In this document: positions 41,671 to 54,200 of the stretch, piece by piece
Position numbering within the stretch: the first letter of the stretch is position 1
Layout of the letters: each line of letters begins with the position of its first letter
Assembly: GCA_023213395.1 (NCBI GenBank)
Contig: CM041465.1
Location: forward strand, 165,795,741 to 165,859,740
Length of the DNA: 64,000 nt
DNA from: Cycas panzhihuaensis
Taxonomy: Eukaryota > Plantae > Cycadophyta
Direction: 5' to 3'
Translations under genes and position numbers: made by a program
Notes under the pieces: model-generated
Told to the model about the DNA's origin: nothing
The model's input: only the letters and a program-made list of their open reading frames with translations
Database searches by the model: none

Positions 41671-41775
41671 AGCCATGAGAGCGAGCATGACTTAGGTGCC
41701 ATGGTGTGAAATTTCATGGAAAATAGCAGTGCTGGGCAAGAGGGTAGCTGTTATAATAGTGATAGTGATTCAGCC
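41671..41775 (+). pseudogene. Captured N-terminal fragment of a DUF506 (PDDEXK-like) plant protein
   Basis: '[33 protein letters not shown]' resembles the DUF506 N-terminal motif '[15 protein letters not shown]...SDSDS'. Confidence 0.75.
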
Positions 41776-41818
41776 ACAACTAAGCGATTTAATGCGTGAC
41801 AAAGATTAAGGCTCTAAA

Positions 41819-41940
41819 GATGTCTGCGACAGCCTTCTTCACTTGTTCAACAGTCACAAGCGAATGAATGCAAATCCTTTATTTTTCTGCGTGAGAGAAT
41901 TCTTAGCCAGTCAAACCTCAACGACTTCTCCAACCTCACC
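41819..41940 (-). pseudogene. Captured RRM fragment (hnRNP Q/R-like RNA-binding protein), antisense to element A
   Basis: 'GEVGEVVEV*LAKNSLTQKNKGFAFIR/VTVEQVKKAVADI' contains RNP1 (KGFAFIRF) with one frameshift and one CGA>TGA-type stop. Confidence 0.85.
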
Positions 41941-43105
41941 ACGAATAATCACTACACAAACACAGAATAGTAGGCCGGATAGCCAGTAATGACTCCTAGA
42001 GGTCAATTAATATGACCGTAAGAATCTAGGTAGCAGACCAGCAGGGAAGCTTAGAAAATCCGGTCACATGGAGCGACCCGACCAACAACGCGTGGCGGTG
42101 ACTTGCAACCTCACCCCTAATGGCCCCTTGACCTTCTGTTCAATGGCGGCGACGAACCTGCAATACTCATGGTGGCGGCCCCCGTTTCGATAAAAATATA
42201 TGCTTGAGCTGGAAACCCTAATAGGGCTAATGATAATATTTGTTTTATTAATGATTTGGCAGATGCGTATGACATATTTGAATGCGGACGTGAAGTGGTT
42301 TTAAAAAAGGGTTTATTTTTTTGGTTTTAAAAATTTTGATCAAATCATATTATATAGTGTTTTGAATTCCATCCAGCCCCTCATTACTTTAGCCCTGGTC
42401 ATATGAAGGCTTAATACGACCTGCTGCCAGTTTATGAAGGGGGCTGGTCCCTAATTCATCTTTTTTCAACATTACTAAAGAGTACCTGTCACATTTCTGA
42501 CCGTATCTTAAGATTGGGAGGTCTGATTTCAGTTCCGTCTATTGCGTTGGATCTGTAATAGAGAGAGATTTCATTTGACAGGCCATTTGGCACATTTTGG
42601 AACTGTTTTCAATGAGATTTTTAAGTTCAAAGTTACAAGTTCCTATTTATCTTCATTTTTTCTCAGTTTCTTTAGGCACATATTATATTTTCAAGGCTTC
42701 TTGATGTAATGTACCCCGAATGGGGGGGATGACATGTCCTGTGGACTTCTTTTTAGCTCTTGAAGAACCCATTGTGATCATATTATACTTCATTTATGAG
42801 AGAGAGTCACATGTGCTACACAAGTCACATATCATTTTCAGTCATGTGAAAAATTTAATGCTGGTTATTATTTTTGCCCATGGTGGCAAGTTGTTAGCCC
42901 AATGAGGCATCATGTAAAAATTTCTAATGCTGGTTATTATCTTTGCCCATGGTGGCAAGTTGTTAGCCCAATGAGGCATCTTTTTAGCCCATGTGGCATG
43001 TTTGAGGCCATAGTGCCATTGTATTTCCGGCCATTAGATGCCGAAGAAGTGCTAGTCCTATTGAGCAAGAGGTAGGACACACTTTTAGAAGCTACACTTG
43101 CCTGT

Positions 43106-43887
43106 CATGTGCTTTATATATATTTTTTCCTGCTTGCACTCCCATATGAGCAAGGGGTGGGACCTTATACAGCTACTCTTGCTAGCTCCCGATTGATCCA
43201 TGTATACAAAGGGAGTTCCTACCCAACTGGCGATTCGTGGTGATAACCCATGCATTCCGGTAGATGGACTCCTCTTCATATGGACTTTAGCAGCTTTCTT
43301 ATTTGGTGCAGCAATGTTTATGATCCAGCAGACTTTTGGAGACTCTTGCCATGTGCCATGTGCCATGTGCTTCATATATATATTTTTTCCTGCTTGCACT
43401 CCCATATGAGTAAGGGGTGGGACCTTATACATCTACTCTTGCCAGCTCCTGATTGATCCACATATCCAGAGGGAGTTCCTACCCAACTGGCGGTTGCAAC
43501 GGCTGATAACCCATGCATTCTGGTAGATGGACTCCTCTTCATATGGACTTCATCAGCTTTCTTATTCGGTGCAGCAGTGTTTATGATCCAGTAGTATTTA
43601 TGATCCAGCAGACTTTTGGAGACTCTTGCCATGTGCCATGTGCCATGTGCTTCATATATATATTTTTTCCTGCTTACACTCCCATATGAGCAAGGGGTAG
43701 GACCTTATATAGCTACTCTTGCTAGCTCCTGATTGATCCACGTATACAGAGGGAGTTACTACCCAATTGGCAGTTGCAACGGCTAATAACCCATGCATTC
43801 CGGTAGATGGACTCTACTTCATATGGACTTCAGTAGCTTTCTTATTCTGTGCAGCATCGATTTTGATCCAGCAGCCTTTTGGAGACT
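43106..43887 (+). repeat. Three tandem ~260-280 bp units in the 3' backbone of element A
   Basis: Units start at ~43106, ~43364 and ~43644. Two homologous units occur in element B (~51613-52117). Confidence 0.95.
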
Positions 43888-44221
43888 TGATTTTATCATT
43901 GAAGTGACGACATTTATGTAATTGACTATTACAGGGGGGAATGCTGGGTGTAATACTCAATTCCATTAGCCCTATGTAAACTCTCTCTATCTTGTGTATT
44001 CTATATTAGAGTTGTGGGCCACCTTGATATATGTGCCACCTCTAAGTAGTCCAATGGGGTTGTTTCTCTAGTGGTGAGGTTGTACTATAAGTATATACTC
44101 TTATTTATTCATAACTGAGTTTTGGCCAATTCTCCCACATGGTGTCTATTCTGTGCACACTTCATCTTTTTGTTGCTCATCATTAGGGTTTGATATGCTT
44201 GTCAAATTACTAATCCTAACA

Positions 44222-46552
44222 ATCCACACTAAAATTATTACTTTAAAAAAATGAGATTGAGTGCATTACTAATGAACTTAGAGGCATAGGAATAATATAG
44301 CCTAGTAAAAGCCATTTTATATCCTTTATTGTGCTAGTTTGTAAAAACGATAGTTCTTTTTTTATTTATGTTGATTATAGAGAAATCAACAAACCCACCA
44401 TTAAGAATAAGTTCGCTACCCCCCAGATTGATTATGTTGGATGAGATCCATGGGGCCATAATTTTTTATAAATTGGACTTGCAATTTGGATACTATCAAA
44501 TACCAATAATACTTGAAGACAAGTACAAAATAACTTTCAAACTCACTATAGCCACTTCAAGTTTTTGGTCATGCCATTTGGGCTATATAATACTCCTACC
44601 ACCTTCTAAGTCTATATGAACAAAATCTTTGTATCTTATATTTGTAAATTTATTATTATCTTCTTTGATGATATACTCATTTATAATGTCGGGATATCAT
44701 TATATCTTTACCATTTAGAAACCACCCTTTAGATTCTTAAGTGAAACCATTATATATCAAGATGTCAAAATGTGAATTTGGTAAAACTGAACTATAGTAC
44801 CTAGGTCACATCATTTTTGGAGAAGGTATATAAGTTGATCCAAATAAAATATCAGTCATCACTTAGTGTCCCACACTAAAGAATCTCACCCAATTATAGG
44901 CCTTCCTTTGACTAACTTAATTCTATCATTATTTTAGAAAAAAATATGCCTTCATAGTAGCCCCCTTAACAAATTTACTCTATGAGGACTCCTTCTAATG
45001 ATTACTAAGTGATGATAATACTTTTAACCATTTGAAATTACTCATGTCAACTACACCAATCCTTGCCACACTAGACTTTTACCAACATTTTTAATTAGAA
45101 TACAATGTTTTAGGTGTTGTGTTAGGGGTTGGCCTCATATAAAATTTTCACCCAAGTATATTTGAAAGTCATAATCTCAAAGAGCATGAGTGTAGATTAT
45201 CAACCTATTAAAAAGAAATGAGTACTATTCTATATTTAATAGATAAGTGGATCTAGTACTTTCTTGGATCTAAGTTTACTATTTTAATTGATCACCATAG
45301 TCTCTAGTACCTATTAGACTAATTAGTTCTATTTGAAGAACAAGCCAAGTAGGTTGATAGATTACAAGTCTTTAGCTTCATAATGTTATATAAGAAGGGC
45401 AAGGATAATGTTGCTATAGAAGCCCTTTCCTATATTCCGTTTGAACTTTCCATTTATGCCATCTATATGCCCCAACCTTTTTGGCTATAAGACTTGGCTA
45501 AAGATAATAAAGCTCAACCTGACTTTGTCACATGGGTTAATAAAGTTTAAATTCATAAAGATTAGACTTTAGATAATAATCATATTTTCTACTATAATTA
45601 CATTTTCATTCACCCAGCATCACAATTTATTCCTTGCATCTTGTGTGAGTATTAGAATATCCCCCTTGGGGCATATTTAGGATTTAACAAAATATATCAT
45701 AAAATTTAGCTAGATTTCTACTGGTCCTATATGATATTTACTACCCTTATATATATATATATATCTAAATATGATATATGCTAATATAATAAAGTGGATA
45801 CCAAGGCCCAACCATGCCTACTTTAACCCCTAGAAAAATTTCAAGGTAAGTGCCAAGACATTACCATGGATATTATCACTGGGCTCCCATTATCAGTTAG
45901 GTATGATTCTTTTTTGGTCATCATAGATTGCTTGATCAAATATGTTCATTTTATACCTATCCATACTACCTAAAAAGCCCCCTACTTGGATGACCTCTTT
46001 ATCTAATTCATCTTTCACCTTCATGGTTTTCCATCTATAATTATATCAAATGGAGGCCCTATATTCATAAGTATATATTTCCAAGAGTTCTTCCAAGCAT
46101 TAAGAATTTCCTTTAATATGAACTCATCTTATCACCCTCAAATAAAGGGCTAGTCTAAAGTTATTAATAAAACCTAGAAAATATACTTATACTATTTTAC
46201 TTCAAAACATCAAAGACATTGGACTTCTTGGCTAGCCTTAGCAAAATATTGGTACAATTCCTTTCATCAGTCTACCATCAAGATGACCCCATTTATGGCC
46301 CTTTATAATTACCCCCTACTATCCCATCATACCTTGGCTACTAATCTTTACATTTTCGGGGTGCAATAAAAACTATAGGATATGAATCAAATCATTCATA
46401 CCCTTAAGTAAAACTTGATATTTGCATAAAATTGTATAAAGCTATTAACTAATTTCTACTAATCTAATAAATCTTTTAAAGTAGGTGATTTGGTATTTGT
46501 TCATCTCCAACCTTAGAAGTAATAATTCATCCATAATAATAAATCCCACTAT
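44222..46552 (+). mobile_element. Degraded chromovirus-type RT-RH-INT, the insertion host of element A
   Basis: '[23 protein letters not shown]', 'IIFFDDILIY' at ~44655, 'YKKGKDNVAIEALS' at ~45388, 'SSYHPQ' at ~46124. Confidence 0.9.
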
Positions 46553-49500
46553 TGAAATAGATTGGTTCATACTTTATAAGGAAAAGTATAATACATATTT
46601 ATGCAACTTAATTTATTATGATGTTGGTATTTTGTGGTGGGTTCCATGTAAAGCCAAGTTATGTATTATAAATATATCCTCAATGTATCATATCATAATC
46701 ATGTTGTTGTAATATTATTTTAGTATTAATCTAAGGTACCTTGAGGGAATCGTTATGATCCTAATGTTTCTTTATTTTCATTTGTGCATTATTATTTTCT
46801 ATTAATTTTATTTTTATATATGGTATTAAAGCAAATTTATAATTTAACATGGTATCATAGCTAGGATGAGAAGTAAGGTATGTTGTAAGTCTTCTATTCC
46901 ATAGGTTTAACATTAATAATGTTGTGTAGAGGTGGATCTATAGAGCCTATTTGCTAGTTATCCATTGTGTATTATATCCTCTGAATTGGAGTTTAAACTA
47001 AGAACCCTAACCCTAAGTTTAAGAAAAAAAAGTTTAAGTATCATTTGTAATTCATTTTTAGGAGTATAAATGGAATAATTTTAAAAAAATAATCATAAAT
47101 TTAAGTTAAACAAGTTGTTATATCAATTTTGAGTGGTTATACTATAGATTTTAGGGTTCAATTATGAAAATTATAAGGAATTTAGTTTTAATTTATTGTC
47201 CATCACTATCTTTAGGGTCTAAAATCTACTAGTACAACTTCAAATAGCTAAAACTTTGTCTATAAGTATCTAATTGACATTAAATTTTTTAAATTCTATG
47301 CATATCATTGTCTACTTTATGTTGGATGTAATTTTAGATCCATCAAATATTGGAGTAAAAGGTTATTGGAATTTTAGTAATAGGTACTATTATAGTCTCT
47401 AAACACCCTAATTATGGCCTATATTAAAAAGGTTATAACTATTGCTATTGGTATCCAAATGAACTCAATTTTCTTTTGAATTGATATATCTTAAATCATA
47501 AATTACTTAGTAAAAATAATGTTTAATTTAGAGATCTGGTTCAAAAGTTATATCTATTTTAATGAAGGGTGTTAAACCTTAGCTTGCCAATTTTCTTTTT
47601 TTTAAAAGGTACCTATATATTTTCTTTAATACGTTGAGTTCTAGGAGTACCTTTTCTAAATTATATAAATTGTTAGAATCTTGACTTAGATCCCATCATT
47701 TTAGTATATTATTTGATATGTTTTAGAGCTATTTTCATAGAGAAATTTTAGTCCAAAGTTGAGTCTTTATGTTAGATCCCTATATGGTAATTGGATAAAA
47801 TTTTCTTTTTCACCCTTTACATCATCATTTTTCCTATTTCTTGATCCTAGGGTAACTAAATTTTGAACCATAGAATCTTATTTTTAAAGTATATTTTAAA
47901 GGAAATTATTATAATTTACATATTAAGTCTTATAAAGGACTAAGAGGTAGAGGGAGATCCTAAAATCTAAGACTTGATAGCTATCATCTTATCAACATAT
48001 TTTTGTGACTATGTGGCTCATCTTGTGTGTATTTGAGGTGAATTTTTACACTCTTACTTGTTTATTTAATCAATATAATGGCTTCATATTAAGTACTAGT
48101 TGTCGGCCCCAAATTTAATTTAAAAAACTATTTAGGTTATTCTATAAGAATGTAAATTTTGTTAATTGGTAGAGGTTTTTAGGACATAATGTCAAATGGT
48201 TTTATTCTTTCAGCTTTAGAACTTAAAATTAAAAAAAGATCTTGCACTTGAATTTATTTTTGTAAATCTAAAGAAATAAATATACCCTTATCTTCCAAAT
48301 GGAATAACTACTAAGCAAGCTTGGGATACTTTAAAAATAATTTATGAAGGTATAACAAGTGTAAGATTACAAATAATTAGAATGATATTTGAGAACCTTA
48401 GAATAAATGCTTTTAAGTCATTCGATGAATTTATTTATAGAATTCAAGACCTGGTGAATCAAATGCAAGCTCTAGGGAAACAAGTCTCAAAACAAAGAGT
48501 CATAGAGAAAATTCGATTGTGTGCAACTAAAATTAAGAAGTTTGAGAATATTATGATATTTATAGAAGTCACTAAATACTTTTTTATACTTACAGTTGAT
48601 CAATTATTTTCCATGATACTCATGGTAGAGGAAAAAGCAAAGTTTTAATAAGAATTAAGAGCAAGCATTTACCTCAATGATAGGCTTGACAAAGAGATTT
48701 AGGAGATTGAATACTCAGATAAATATACATTATCAAAAATTTCAAGCTACAAGTTCTAGAAATACTAAAAATTTAGGAAGATCTCATGGAAGAAGCCCCA
48801 CAAAAGGAAGAGAAAATAATAGAGATACTGCACCTCAAGGAAGAGGTAAAGGAAGAGATTTTATATTGACCTACGATAATTATAAAATTCATACATATTA
48901 TTCAAATGAGTGTGATGGTAAAATGAATAATTTAGTAAATACAACTATAGAGAGGACTATAGAGGCCATGCAATAAGAATCTATTCTATACAAAGAATGG
49001 TATATGGTATATAGATTATGGATGTTCCACTCATATGTTTTACAATGTTGACTTATTTTCGAGGATTGAGGAAGATGACAGGAAGAGGAGACTAATCTTT
49101 AGAGATAATAATACTTAGGGTGTCTAAGGATATGGGGTGGGGACACTTTAAATAGATTAAGGTGAGAATAAAAATATTTATAATATGTTATTTGTTCTTG
49201 ATTTGGAGAAGAATTTATTATCTATGTAGTCTTTGATAATGGTGAATGTGAGATTAGAGATAAAGTGAGAAATTACATATTGGTTACCAAAGGTAAAATA
49301 ACAAAAGATGGATTGTTAAAGTTAGTCCTTCATCCTCAAATTTAGTTACTTAGTGCTTCAATTGATGATAAGAGTGTGTTATGGCATCATCGATATGGTC
49401 ACCTAAACTATGGTGGTATTATGAATCTAAGAAAGAAAAATTTGGTAAGAGGACTGTCTTTCATCAAAGGAAATAAAAATTTATGTAAAGGTTGTATTTA

Positions 49501-50211
49501 TGGGAAGCAACATTGAGATTCATTTCTAATTTCTAAGCACTAATTTAGGTATCCTCTCAAGCTAATATATACTAACTTGTGTGGACCAATGAAGATGCCA
49601 TCCATTAGTAATACCAGGTGTTTTATGATTTTGTTAAATGATTATACAAGAAATTTTTGGGTATACTTTATTAAGGAAAAAATATAGACCTTCTTGAGAT
49701 TTATTAAATTTAGAACTATGGCTAAGAGACAGAATGGTTGTAAGTTGAGAATCCTTCATTTAGATAATAAGAGAGAGTTTATTTTTAATGACTTCAAAGA
49801 GTTTTATAATAAATTAGGAATTAGAAGGCAATTATTAACACCTTATACTCAATAAAATTGTGTCATTGAGGGAAAGATAAGGACTATTGTAGAAATGGGT
49901 AGATGCATGCTTAGGGTTAAAAAATTACACGATGAATTATGGGTTGAAGTAATAAGTACTACTATGTATTTATTGAATATAAGTCCCACTAAGGCCTTCA
50001 TAAACTTAACTCCTAAAGAGGTTTGGACTGGGTACAAGCTTGATGTCAGTAATTTGAAAGTCTTTAGTTGTGTAGCATATGCTCATGTTCCTACTGAAAG
50101 AAGAATGAAACTAGAGAGTAAAAGTATGAAATCTATTTTCATAGGCTACTCTAGTGAATAGAAAGTTTATCATTTATTTGACCCACTTGCAAGAAAGTTC
50201 TTTGTAAGTAG
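46553..50211 (+). mobile_element. Ty1/copia element: 5' LTR, PBS, long leader, gag-PR-INT, truncated by the next element
   Basis: LTR at ~46553-46849 and PBS tggtatcatagc at 46850-46861. Gag at 48078-48976, protease 'WYIDYGCSTHM' at ~49005, 'LWHHRYGHLNY', integrase 'KVFSCVAYAHVP..R.KLESKS..SIFIGYS'. Confidence 0.92.
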
Positions 50212-51278
50212 TGGAGTCACATCTATGGGATGGTCACTACACTTAGTAGGGGTTAATGTGGTCAACGACCAATACTGGAATGTGAATAGGATCCTACAAG
50301 CAGAAGAGAACACCACACAAGGCATCCGTGTGCCAGACCACGAGTTCGAGACCCACGAATGGTGCCTAACTTCCTTAGAGTAGATTTCACTTTTGGTTTT
50401 GAGGGGCGAGATACACGTAGGAGTATCTCGGGTAACCCCAAAGGATGAGGTCCTCCCACCTTGGATGGCCAAAAGGGAGGAGGAGGCCTAGAAAAGTAGA
50501 TGGACCTGGTAGGAAAGATGTATGAAACAGGTATGACGTATAGACAAATAGAATAGGAGTGCAATATAGTGACAAGAACCTTTCCTATGTCTACTAACTC
50601 AGGGTAGACCTAAAGCAGGTAGGAGTGATGGCGAAGATGGGCCGTGTGTGAGGAAGTGTAAGTGATGCTGTGTGTGTATGCTTTCAGAAAGTAAAGAAAA
50701 TACAAACAACACTCCCTCTCTCTCATTTCCTTTTATTAATAAAAGTTTTAAGGAAAGAAATGTTTCACATGTAGTCAAACATGCATGCTAAAGTGAATAT
50801 GCAACTAAGGGAATGTTTGTGCTTCAGGTGAGAAAAATGGGTGGCACGATTCCTATAAAGTGCTCTTTCCTAAGAAAGCATTCATGTAATATGTAAATGC
50901 AAGATGAGTGTACACAAATCGCTATTACCCTTTCTCTTTTGGTGTAGTTTATCATGCAAACGTTTATGCTGAACAAAAAACAAGAAAAGGAAGAGCTAAG
51001 TGAGAAGGTATGGTGCGTACCCAGAAGGTCGTGCAGTTAGAAGAGGGCCTTCACCTGGGAGTCATGTTTATCTTCTCATCCTCGCTCAATACATGGCTGT
51101 TGTTGTGGTGAAGGTGGAGTGGGGGCTTCCTTACCTTCCCCGTGTAAAGAGAAATGAAATGGAAAGAGCAAATGATTGTGCAAGAAAGCACGAAACTAGA
51201 GAAGACGATAAAGGAAATGAAGAAGGTAAAGGTCTACCCGGATCAGAGTACTTCCTTCCCCTTGAAAATACTACCATA

Positions 51279-54200
51279 TGTTAGGATTAGTAATGTAACA
51301 AGCATATCAAACCCTAATGGTGAGCAACAAAAAGATGAAGTATGTAAAAAATAGACACCATGTTGGAGAATTGGCCAAAACTTAATTATGAACAAATAAG
51401 AGTACATACTTATAGTATAACCTCACCACTAGAGAGAGAACCCCATTGGACTACTTAGAGGTGGCACACATATCAAGGTGACCCACAACTCTAATATAGA
51501 ATACAAAATATAGAGAGAGTTTATATAGGGCTAATGGAATTGAGTATTACACCCAACATTCCCCCCTGTAATAGTCAATTACATAAATGTCGTCACTTCA
51601 ATGATAAGCTCAAGTCTCCAAAAGGCTGTTGGATCATAACCGCTGCTGCACTGAATAAGAAAGCTGCTGAAGTCCATATGAAGTAGAGTCCATCTACTAG
51701 AATGCATGGGTTATCAGCCGCTGCAACCACCAATTAGGTAGGAACTCCTTTTGTATACATGGATCAATCAGGAGCTAGCAAGAGTAGCTGTATAAGGTCC
51801 TACCCCTTGCTTATATGGGAGTGCAAGCAGGAAAAAATATATATAAGAAACACATGGAACATGGCACATGGCAGGAGTCTCCAAAATCCTGCTAGATCAT
51901 AAACATCGCCTTTGAATAAGAAAGTCCGATGTCCATATGAAGTGGAGTCCATCTACCGGAATGCATGGGTTATCAGCCGTTGCAATCGCCAGTTGGGTAG
52001 GAACTCCCTTTGTATACGTGGAGCAATTATGAGCTGGCAAGAGTAGCTATATAATGTCCCACCCCTTGCTCATATGGGAGTGCAAGTAGGAAAATATATA
52101 TATATATAAAGCACATGGCAAATAGCACATGGCAGGCAAGAGTAGCTTCTAAAAGTGTGTCCTACCTCTTGCTCAATAGGACTAGCACTTCTTCGACATC
52201 TAATGGCTAGAAATACAATGGCACTATGGCCTCAAACATGCCACATGGGCTAAAAAGATGCCTCATTGGGCTAACAACTTGCCACCATGGGCAAAAATAA
52301 CCAGCATTAGAAATTTTTACATGAAAAAATAATATGTGACTTGTGTAGCACATGTGGCTCTCTCTCATAAATAAAGTACAATATGATCATAATAGGTTCT
52401 TCAAGATCTAAAAAGAAGTCCATAATATATGTCATCCCCCCCATTCAGAGTACATTACATTAAGAAGCCTTGAAAATGTAATATGTCCCTGAAGAAACTG
52501 AAAAAAAATGAAGACAAATAGAAACTTATAACTTTGAACTTAAAAATATCCATGAAAATAGCTCCAAAATATGTCAAATAACCTGTCAAATGAACGGTCT
52601 CTCTGTTACGGATCCAACGCAATAGATGGAACTGAAATCGGACCTCCCAATCTCAAGATACAGTAAAAAAGGTGACAGGTACTCCTTAGTAATGCTGAAA
52701 TTTGATGAAATAAAGATTAACCCCCTTTATGAGCTGGCAGCTAGTCATATAAGCCCACCATGTGACCAGGGCTAAAGTGATGAGGGGTTGGACGGATCTG
52801 AAATGATTATCCAATTTGATTAAATTTATTTTTCAAATTGAAAATATATATATATATATATGAACCCTTTTATAATGAAATCACGTCCGCCCAAAAATAA
52901 AAATCAAATAAAAGATAATTAACCCTAAGTAGGGTTTGTTCATCGTCTTGCAAAAAATGTCGCCACCATTGTTGTGCAGGTCTGTTAGAGGGCTGACTGC
53001 CATGGATGAGTTTGTTGCAAGTCGCCATTACGAGGCCTACCGACGGAGAAGAAAGGTCGCCGTGGAGAAGAAAGGTCATCGTGCCACTGCCATAACTGTT
53101 TGTAGGTTTACGAGTTTGAAGAAGGGTCACTGCCAATTCCATTTCGTGGACTCCCCATGAGTTTGGGATGTGCTTGGCCTGCGGTTCCTTAGATGAAACC
53201 ATCACGGTTCTTAGCAGCTGTGAGGATGGATCTATAGAATTTGTGTAAAACAAGTGAAGCACTTGTTATTGTTGGAGGAAAGTTCAGTGCCAAAGATATC
53301 TCCTTCCATTTCCTTTCTTTAATGACCATTTGTAGACCACCACGAGCAGTTGCTTCCCTATACAAAAGATGGAGATCCAAATCCCTGCCTCCAATTTTCA
53401 GGATTGTCAATTTGGTCCCCAGAGCCACATGGAAGTTGGTGAGCATCTTGAGAAACAAATCCATGTCTACAACAACTTGATTGTGAGTTGTAAGAAGGGG
53501 GTGGATAGACCTGGTGGGTACCAATAGAATGTAAAGCCTGCATTTGGTTATTGGCAGTATAGACAATGAGAATTAGTTGGGGTGCACCATTGTCATGCAT
53601 TGCTGTAGGTCGTGGGTCCCTTAAAGGGATAACTTTCTTTGGCCCGTAGGGAGTTTTAAGGAATCTTCTCCAATACAAATGCAAGAATTGTGTGCTGATG
53701 TCCTCCTTGCGCTAAATGTCCTTGACGAACTATTTCTGCAAAACCCTCAAATGAAGTGTAAGTGTACTTCCATGGTGAGAACATCTCTTCAACTTTCCGC
53801 AAGTGAGGGCTGTGCATTTCTAGAGATTGGGTCAACAATCAATGGGTTGATGAGAGTAGATCTAGCAGCAGCACTAGCTTCCTTTGATAGTAAACAGGTT
53901 TCTAACATAGGGTGTTTGCATTCCTCTACATTAAGTAATGATTGTTCTGCACATCTAGCATATTCTTCTCTTCCATAACACTGACGTGGAGGATATGTCA
54001 TAATACTGTATAGAAGATATACTTTCTCTCCTCAGGCAAATGAAGCTCAAAAGTAAGAGGCCATTAACAACCACCAAAGTCCAACTCAAACACCACTAAT
54101 CATGGCAGCTTTCTTTTTCATTTTTTTTTTTTTTTTTAAATACATAAGAATATAGGCCAGATTTGAAGGCCTTGAATACAAAATTTTTGAACATAAGAAA

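Larger units (their letters stand above)
40500..44221 (+). mobile_element. Non-autonomous LTR element A (5' LTR truncated) with a gene-fragment cassette
   Basis: Last ~42 bp of the 5' LTR (40500-40541), perfect Met-PBS tggtatcagagc at 40542-40553, PPT at 43931-43941, 280-bp 3' LTR at 43942-44221. Backbone is collinear with 51279-54998. Confidence 0.95.

Noticed and set aside
41341-41709. Functional TRM61 gene
   Set aside because: Only an internal third is present, with a stop, a deletion and G>R in the SAM-binding motif, and it lies inside an LTR element.
42213-42221. aaaccctaa telo-box or telomere-like motifs (also in the LTRs and at ~47000 and ~56160)
   Set aside because: Single or double copies are common in plant TEs, and there is no array.
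43106-43887. Regular repeats as a CRISPR-like array, or the repeated ORFs (43085-43632) as genes
   Set aside because: The units are near-identical tandem copies with no unique spacers. The ORFs vary in frame between units and match no family I recognise.
53189-53566. Functional HMGB/ARID gene
   Set aside because: No HMG box, a frameshift at the N-terminal YPPP, and it is embedded in element B.
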